DNA from: Candidatus Undinarchaeota archaeon
Lineage (GTDB): Archaea; Undinarchaeota; Undinarchaeia; Undinarchaeales; UBA543
Assembly: GCA_964567575.1 (NCBI GenBank)
Contig: CAZMMZ010000008.1
Location: 9,960 to 50,141, forward strand
Reading direction: 5' to 3'
Length of the DNA: 40,182 bases
Of the stretch, positions 36,130 to 40,182 are shown piece after piece (the stretch's first letter is position 1; each line of letters opens with the position of its first letter). The notes under the pieces were generated by a model. The model searched no databases. It was given only the letters and a program-made list of their open reading frames with translations, and was not told the origin of the DNA. A program made the position numbers and the translations under genes.

Positions 36130-36404
36130 GGCACAGCTAGGCTGGGGAATTAGCCCTACCTTGTTACCGCAAACGGGCTTTACGGCGGAGCTGAATGTCT
36201 TAAAGAGGTTTAGTAGCGGAATGTCGTCTTGTGTTTTGGCGTCGAAGCATCGCCCTGTGGGATCGACATTCTTGTGAATCGGGTCAGGCCAGGAATGGAG
36301 CAGCCCTAAGCGAGATTTGTTGATGCTCATAGCCAGCGGTGTGGAGTCATTACGCAAGGTTAAGCGGCATTTTTCTATTAAATCCATTTGAGGATGCTGT
36401 GCTA
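36130..36404 (+). ncRNA. ffs: Signal recognition particle RNA (7S), archaeal-type Alu domain
   Basis: Helix 8 GGG-TCAGG-CCA-GGAA-TGG-AGCAG-CCC (36281-36306). Alu helices 3/4 with AGCCC/GGGCT loop-loop pairing and UGU turn. Helix 1 GGCACAGC/GCTGTGCT. TATA TTTATAAG at 36100-36107, T-run after the 3' end. Confidence 0.93.
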
Positions 36405-36408
36405 CTTT

Positions 36409-37020
36409 TTACAATACTTTCTCCAAATTCTTAAAACTCTTATTCATTGAAAATTTAGTTCCTGGATGTTTTGTTTCTATTTTTTCTAAATTAGATTCAA
36501 TTGCTTTCATTAATGCAGTTTTCACTGGCTTTTTTAATTTAATAAATTCAAACTTATTCAATTTAGCATAAAGCTCAACTTCAGCTTCTGGAATATCTTT
36601 TAAAATCTTCACACTTTCTCTTGTTTTTGATTTTCCTTTAAGAAGATTAAACAAAGTAGTTTTAACAACATCATCTAAAGTTTCTGAAGTAACTAACAAA
36701 CTACCTTTGGTTTTTCTAGATTTAATTGGAATTCCAATTTTGTTTAATATTTTCTTCAAACCAATAGTTTTTCCAGCAAGTGCATACAATTCCAGTGGCA
36801 TTCTTTCTGAAAACTTTTTCAAAAACTGGCAGACCACTATTGATTTTACATCTCCAGAAACTTCAATTGCAATTTTGCCCTTGGGAGCTAATAATTTATT
36901 AAGAGTAATGTTTTTGCGAATTCTATCATTTGTTAATTTAATAAAATGCTTCTTGCACAAGCTCTTCCCAGAATATTCCTGAGTAATTACAGCTGGTTTT
37001 TTACAAAATGTGCAGTTCAT
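36409..37020 (-). CDS. Degenerate TtuA/NcsA (Ctu1/TtcA family) tRNA-thiolase-like protein
   Basis: N-terminal CxxC...LC..HF Zn finger and KHPGTKF retained. PP-loop reads SGDVKS. Central CxxC and C-terminal Zn finger absent. Confidence 0.75.
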   Translation of the reverse strand: MNCTFCKKPAVITQEYSGKSLCKKHFIKLTNDRIRKNITLNKLLAPKGKIAIEVSGDVKSIVVCQFLKKFSERMPLELYALAGKTIGLKKILNKIGIPIKSRKTKGSLLVTSETLDDVVKTTLFNLLKGKSKTRESVKILKDIPEAEVELYAKLNKFEFIKLKKPVKTALMKAIESNLEKIETKHPGTKFSMNKSFKNLEKVL

Positions 37021-37112
37021 TGATAAACACTCTATTAAAATCAGTTAAAAACTTATTGCTCAGTAAAGTTTAAAAGCAAGTTGTCACTAGCACACTTGAG
37101 GTCAAAGGGAAA

Positions 37113-37694
37113 ATGAAAAAAACATTAGAAAATTTAACTAAAGCTTTTATTGGTGAGAGCCAAGCAAGAAACCGTTACAACTACTATGCAAAAATCGCAA
37201 AGAAGGAAGGTTATGAACAAATTTCAGAAATCTTCAAACTAACAGAAGATAATGAACGAATTCATGCCAAACGTCTTTTTGAACATATTCAAGAATTAAA
37301 AAAAGAAGAAGGATCCCCTGGTGAAATTAAAGTAGAAGCAACAGCCCCAACAGTTTATGGAAATACTATTGAAAACCTGAAAGCTGCAATTGCTGGAGAG
37401 CATTATGAAAACACAGAAATGTATCCAGAATTCGCTAAGGTTGCTGAAGAAGAGGGATTTTCAAAAATTGCAGCTCGTCTGAAATCAATTTCAAAAGCAG
37501 AAGAACACCATGAAGAAAGGTATCAAAAACTTTTGAAAGAACTTGAAGCTGGCATCATTTTCAAAAAAGATAAAGAAATGACTTGGGTATGCAGAGAATG
37601 TGGATATGCGCACACTGGAATAGAACCTCCTGAAAAATGTCCAGCTTGCAATCATTCGCGAGCTTATTATCAATTAAAATGTGAGGAATATTGA
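37113..37694 (+). CDS. rbr: Rubrerythrin
   Basis: AFIGESQARNRY, E..HAK, GEHYE...MYPEFA, E.HHE, C-terminal rubredoxin CRECG...CPAC. Confidence 0.96.
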   Translation: MKKTLENLTKAFIGESQARNRYNYYAKIAKKEGYEQISEIFKLTEDNERIHAKRLFEHIQELKKEEGSPGEIKVEATAPTVYGNTIENLKAAIAGEHYENTEMYPEFAKVAEEEGFSKIAARLKSISKAEEHHEERYQKLLKELEAGIIFKKDKEMTWVCRECGYAHTGIEPPEKCPACNHSRAYYQLKCEEY

Positions 37695-37695
37695 A

Positions 37696-38214
37696 ATGGT
37701 AAAACTTTGGAGATGCAAAATATGCGGAGATGCTTATATTGGAGCAGCTGCGCCAACTAATTGTCCTTTTTGCGGTGCAAAAGGCAAATTTATTTTGGAA
37801 ATTCAAGAAGCAGAAGTTAATTTTGATGTTCCATTAACTGAAACTGACAAGAAAAATGTGGAGCATGCTCTTGAAGTTGAAGTAAGTAATGCAGAATTCT
37901 ATTTCTGCGCTGCAAAGAAAACTCCAGGAATTGAAGCTCAGAAACTTTTCAAAACACTTGGAAAAGTTGAAGCAGAACATGCAAGTATTTGGAAAAAAGT
38001 ATTGAAACTTGATAAAACTCCAGAAGGAAAAGAAGAATGCAGTGAGGAATACACAAAAAATCTTGAAGATTCGCATGCTCTAGAAACAAAAGCAATTGAA
38101 TTTTACAAAAAAGCTGCTGAAGAAGCTGATAATGAACGAATAAAAGAACTATTTGAAGCAATTATAGATGTTGAAATTGACCACTTGCAACTTTCAGAAG
38201 AGAGGTTAAAATGA
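37696..38214 (+). CDS. Rubredoxin + ferritin-like domain protein (reverse-rubrerythrin architecture)
   Basis: N-terminal WRCKICG...CPFCG, then ExxH di-iron helices (EAEHA, EIDH). GAGG SD before ATG 37696. Confidence 0.85.
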   Translation: MVKLWRCKICGDAYIGAAAPTNCPFCGAKGKFILEIQEAEVNFDVPLTETDKKNVEHALEVEVSNAEFYFCAAKKTPGIEAQKLFKTLGKVEAEHASIWKKVLKLDKTPEGKEECSEEYTKNLEDSHALETKAIEFYKKAAEEADNERIKELFEAIIDVEIDHLQLSEERLK

Positions 38215-38600
38215 CTGAAAACAATCAAGTTTACATATGTGAAATTTGTAACAATGTTATAAAAGTCCTGCATGCTGGAGTCGGAGAACTTGTTTGTTGT
38301 GGAAAACCAATGAACTTGATAAAAGCGCATACAATAGAGGAAGAAGGAAATGAAAAACATGTGCCAGTTATTGAAAAAACACCAACTGGAGTTAAAGTAA
38401 AAGTTGGTTCAGTACCGCATCCAATGGAAGAAAAACATTTTATTGGAGGAATTGGAATTTTTGTTGAAGGAGAAAAAAGCCAATGGAAAGTTTTGAAACC
38501 AGGTGATCCTCCTGAAGTTGAATTTGAGGAAAAAGGAAAAGTGCTATTTGCTGAAAGTAATTGCAATATTCATGGTTTGTGGAAATCAGAAAGTAATTAA
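38211..38600 (+). CDS. dfx: Desulfoferrodoxin (2Fe superoxide reductase)
   Basis: CEICNN...CCGKPM, EKHVP, HPMEEKH, CNIHG. Confidence 0.96.
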   Translation: MTENNQVYICEICNNVIKVLHAGVGELVCCGKPMNLIKAHTIEEEGNEKHVPVIEKTPTGVKVKVGSVPHPMEEKHFIGGIGIFVEGEKSQWKVLKPGDPPEVEFEEKGKVLFAESNCNIHGLWKSESN

Positions 38601-39262
38601 CGGCGTTTTCCAACACCAATTTTCGGGCAACACTTGTCAAAAGGACATTCAGAACATTTTGGAGAAATCGATCTACAAATATCCTTTGCAAATAGAATTA
38701 TCACGCTATTGAATTCTTTCCAAAACGGTTTTGGCAAAACTTTCCCAAGTTCTTCTTCACTCTGTTCTGGAGTTTTTGTAGCAATCCAACCCAAACGATT
38801 TGGAACCCTATGGCAATGCGTGTCAATTGGAAGCACATTCTGTCCATAAGCAAATTGAAGCACAATATTCGCGGTTTTTGGACCAATTCCTTTAAATGAT
38901 AATAGTTCTTCCCGTGTTTTTGGAACTTTGCCATTAAATTTTTCAAGCAAAACTTTAGACACATGCTTCAAGGTTTCTGCTTTCTTATGATAATGGCCAG
39001 ATGAAAAAATCAGTTTCTCCAGTTTCTTAAGCGGCAGTTTTACAATTCCCTCAGGAGTTGATGCTACTGCAAAAAGCTTTACAGATGCCCGCTCAGTATT
39101 CAAATCTGTTGTTCTGAGTGACAGTAAACAGGATATTAAAACTTTAAATGGATCATTAGATTCCTGGGAAGTCCGGCGAATAGTTGGTTTTCTAGCTGAG
39201 ATATATTTTTGTTCCAACTTTTGCATTGTAAGGGAAATTTCGCATGTCATTATATCATCCAA
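38597..39262 (-). CDS. nth: Endonuclease III
   Basis: HhH GIGPKTA, IDTH, 4Fe-4S C-X6-C-X2-C-X5-C. Confidence 0.93.
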   Translation of the reverse strand: MDDIMTCEISLTMQKLEQKYISARKPTIRRTSQESNDPFKVLISCLLSLRTTDLNTERASVKLFAVASTPEGIVKLPLKKLEKLIFSSGHYHKKAETLKHVSKVLLEKFNGKVPKTREELLSFKGIGPKTANIVLQFAYGQNVLPIDTHCHRVPNRLGWIATKTPEQSEEELGKVLPKPFWKEFNSVIILFAKDICRSISPKCSECPFDKCCPKIGVGKRR

Positions 39263-39273
39263 TTCTTAATTAA

Positions 39274-39633
39274 TCATAACTTGCAGTATTTGCACAGTGT
39301 AGTGCTACACTGCTTGCTTTTAATTTTCCACTTCAGAGACCATTTCTTAATATCACCAACAATATTTACAAAATCAGCTCCGCTTTTAGTCAAACTATAT
39401 TCACATTTTATGGGAAACTTACTCGCATCCACTCGTTTCTTAATCATGCCTTCCTTCTCTAATTCTTTTAATCTTGCAGAAAGGATTTTCGGAGTAATAT
39501 CAGGCATTTGTCTCTTGATATGAGAATATCGCTTCCACTTCTGATTACCTTTGTATAATTCAAGCAAAATCAGTATCGTCCACTTCTTTCCAACAAAATC
39601 CATTGTTTTGTAAACAGTGCAATTCTTTTCCAT
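39274..39633 (-). CDS. HxlR-family winged-helix regulator, Cys-containing
   Basis: C5...GKKWTILIL...ITPKILSARLKELE...EYSLT..G, plus a C-terminal CxxxxCxxC. Confidence 0.92.
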   Translation of the reverse strand: MEKNCTVYKTMDFVGKKWTILILLELYKGNQKWKRYSHIKRQMPDITPKILSARLKELEKEGMIKKRVDASKFPIKCEYSLTKSGADFVNIVGDIKKWSLKWKIKSKQCSTTLCKYCKL

Positions 39634-39709
39634 ACTATCTTTTTAGAAACTCTACCCTATATAAGTATCTTTTGTATACCAACTATTAGAACATTAGGAG
39701 GATCAAAAA

Positions 39710-39886
39710 ATGACTGAAACACAACTTGGAACTTGCCAAGAGTGCGGCTCTGCTGAAATAGAAATCATGACTCGAGTTACTGGATTTTTTTCCAAAGTAA
39801 ACTCATGGAACAAAGGAAAACTTGGTGAATTAAAGAACCGTGCAAGCGCAAAAGCTATAAACAAAAAAATACTTGCTGCAGCTTAG
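39710..39886 (+). CDS. Stand-alone C-terminal Zn-ribbon/glycyl-radical domain of class III RNR (NrdD-like, 58 aa, not in ORF track)
   Basis: MTETQLGTCQECGSAEIEIMTRVTGFFSKVNSWNKGKLGELKNR... matches CxxCG...R(V/I)xG(Y/F)...WNxGKxxE..R. SD AGGAGG. Confidence 0.88.
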   Translation: MTETQLGTCQECGSAEIEIMTRVTGFFSKVNSWNKGKLGELKNRASAKAINKKILAAA

Positions 39887-39913
39887 AACAACACATAGGA
39901 TAGTGAAAAGATT

Positions 39914-40182
39914 ATGGTAAAGAGAAGTATAGTAGAGATAAATGAAGAAAAATGTGATGGCTGCGGCTTGTGTATACCTTCATGCCACGAAGGTGCTTTG
40001 CAAATAGTGGATGGTAAAGCAAAACTAGTAAAAGATATTTATTGTGACGGTTTAGGAAATTGTTTAGGACATTGCCCTCAGGATGCTATTAAAATTATTG
40101 AAAAAGATGTTGAAGACTTTGATTTTGAAGCAACTAACACGCATCTGAAAGATATTGGAAAACCTGAACTAGAAGAAAATCC
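39914..40182 (+). CDS. 4Fe-4S dicluster protein (partial, runs off window)
   Basis: MVKRSIVEINEEKCDGCGLCIPSCHEGAL...YCDGLGNCLGHCP. Not in ORF track because there is no stop in the window. Confidence 0.88.
   Translation, partial: MVKRSIVEINEEKCDGCGLCIPSCHEGALQIVDGKAKLVKDIYCDGLGNCLGHCPQDAIKIIEKDVEDFDFEATNTHLKDIGKPELEEN

Noticed and set aside
36091-36387. 98-aa minus-strand ORF
   Set aside because: Antisense to the SRP RNA.
39634-39709. HxlR operator (GTAT-N7-ATAC)
   Set aside because: Only 4-bp arms in AT-rich DNA; too weak to call.
1-40182. CRISPR array, integrase/transposase, integrated element at tRNAs, rRNA
   Set aside because: No regularly spaced repeats, no recombinase or transposase motifs, no duplicated tRNA 3' ends and no rRNA signature seen.

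Overview
Low-GC archaeal chromosomal window that looks DPANN-like. The evidence is archaeal ProRS, class I LysRS, ValRS, aRF1, aIF5A, Spt5, uL11/P1, Nob1, Dph6, Mre11/Rad50, BRE-TATA promoters and Cys-rich surface repeats; the lineage cannot be fixed without a phylogeny. The window is mostly housekeeping genes, with three tRNAs (Ala-CGC, Ser-GCT, Val-TAC), an SRP RNA, transporters and an oxygen-defence/Fe-S cluster at the right end. I found no CRISPR array, integrase or transposase. The most notable observations are: (1) a Val-rich leader peptide (MKTNVMVVV*) with competing RNA pairings directly upstream of valS, suggesting ribosome-mediated attenuation in an archaeon; (2) an SRP RNA with an archaeal Alu domain but apparently no proper helix 6; (3) a 58-aa stand-alone NrdD glycyl-radical domain beside the oxygen-defence genes, a possible 'spare part'; (4) an MFS gene broken by two opposite homopolymer frameshifts; (5) several small ORFs missing from the ORF track, operator-like palindromes, and degenerate pseudo-enzymes (CPBP, TtuA/NcsA). 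All family assignments come from motif recognition by eye; no database search was run.
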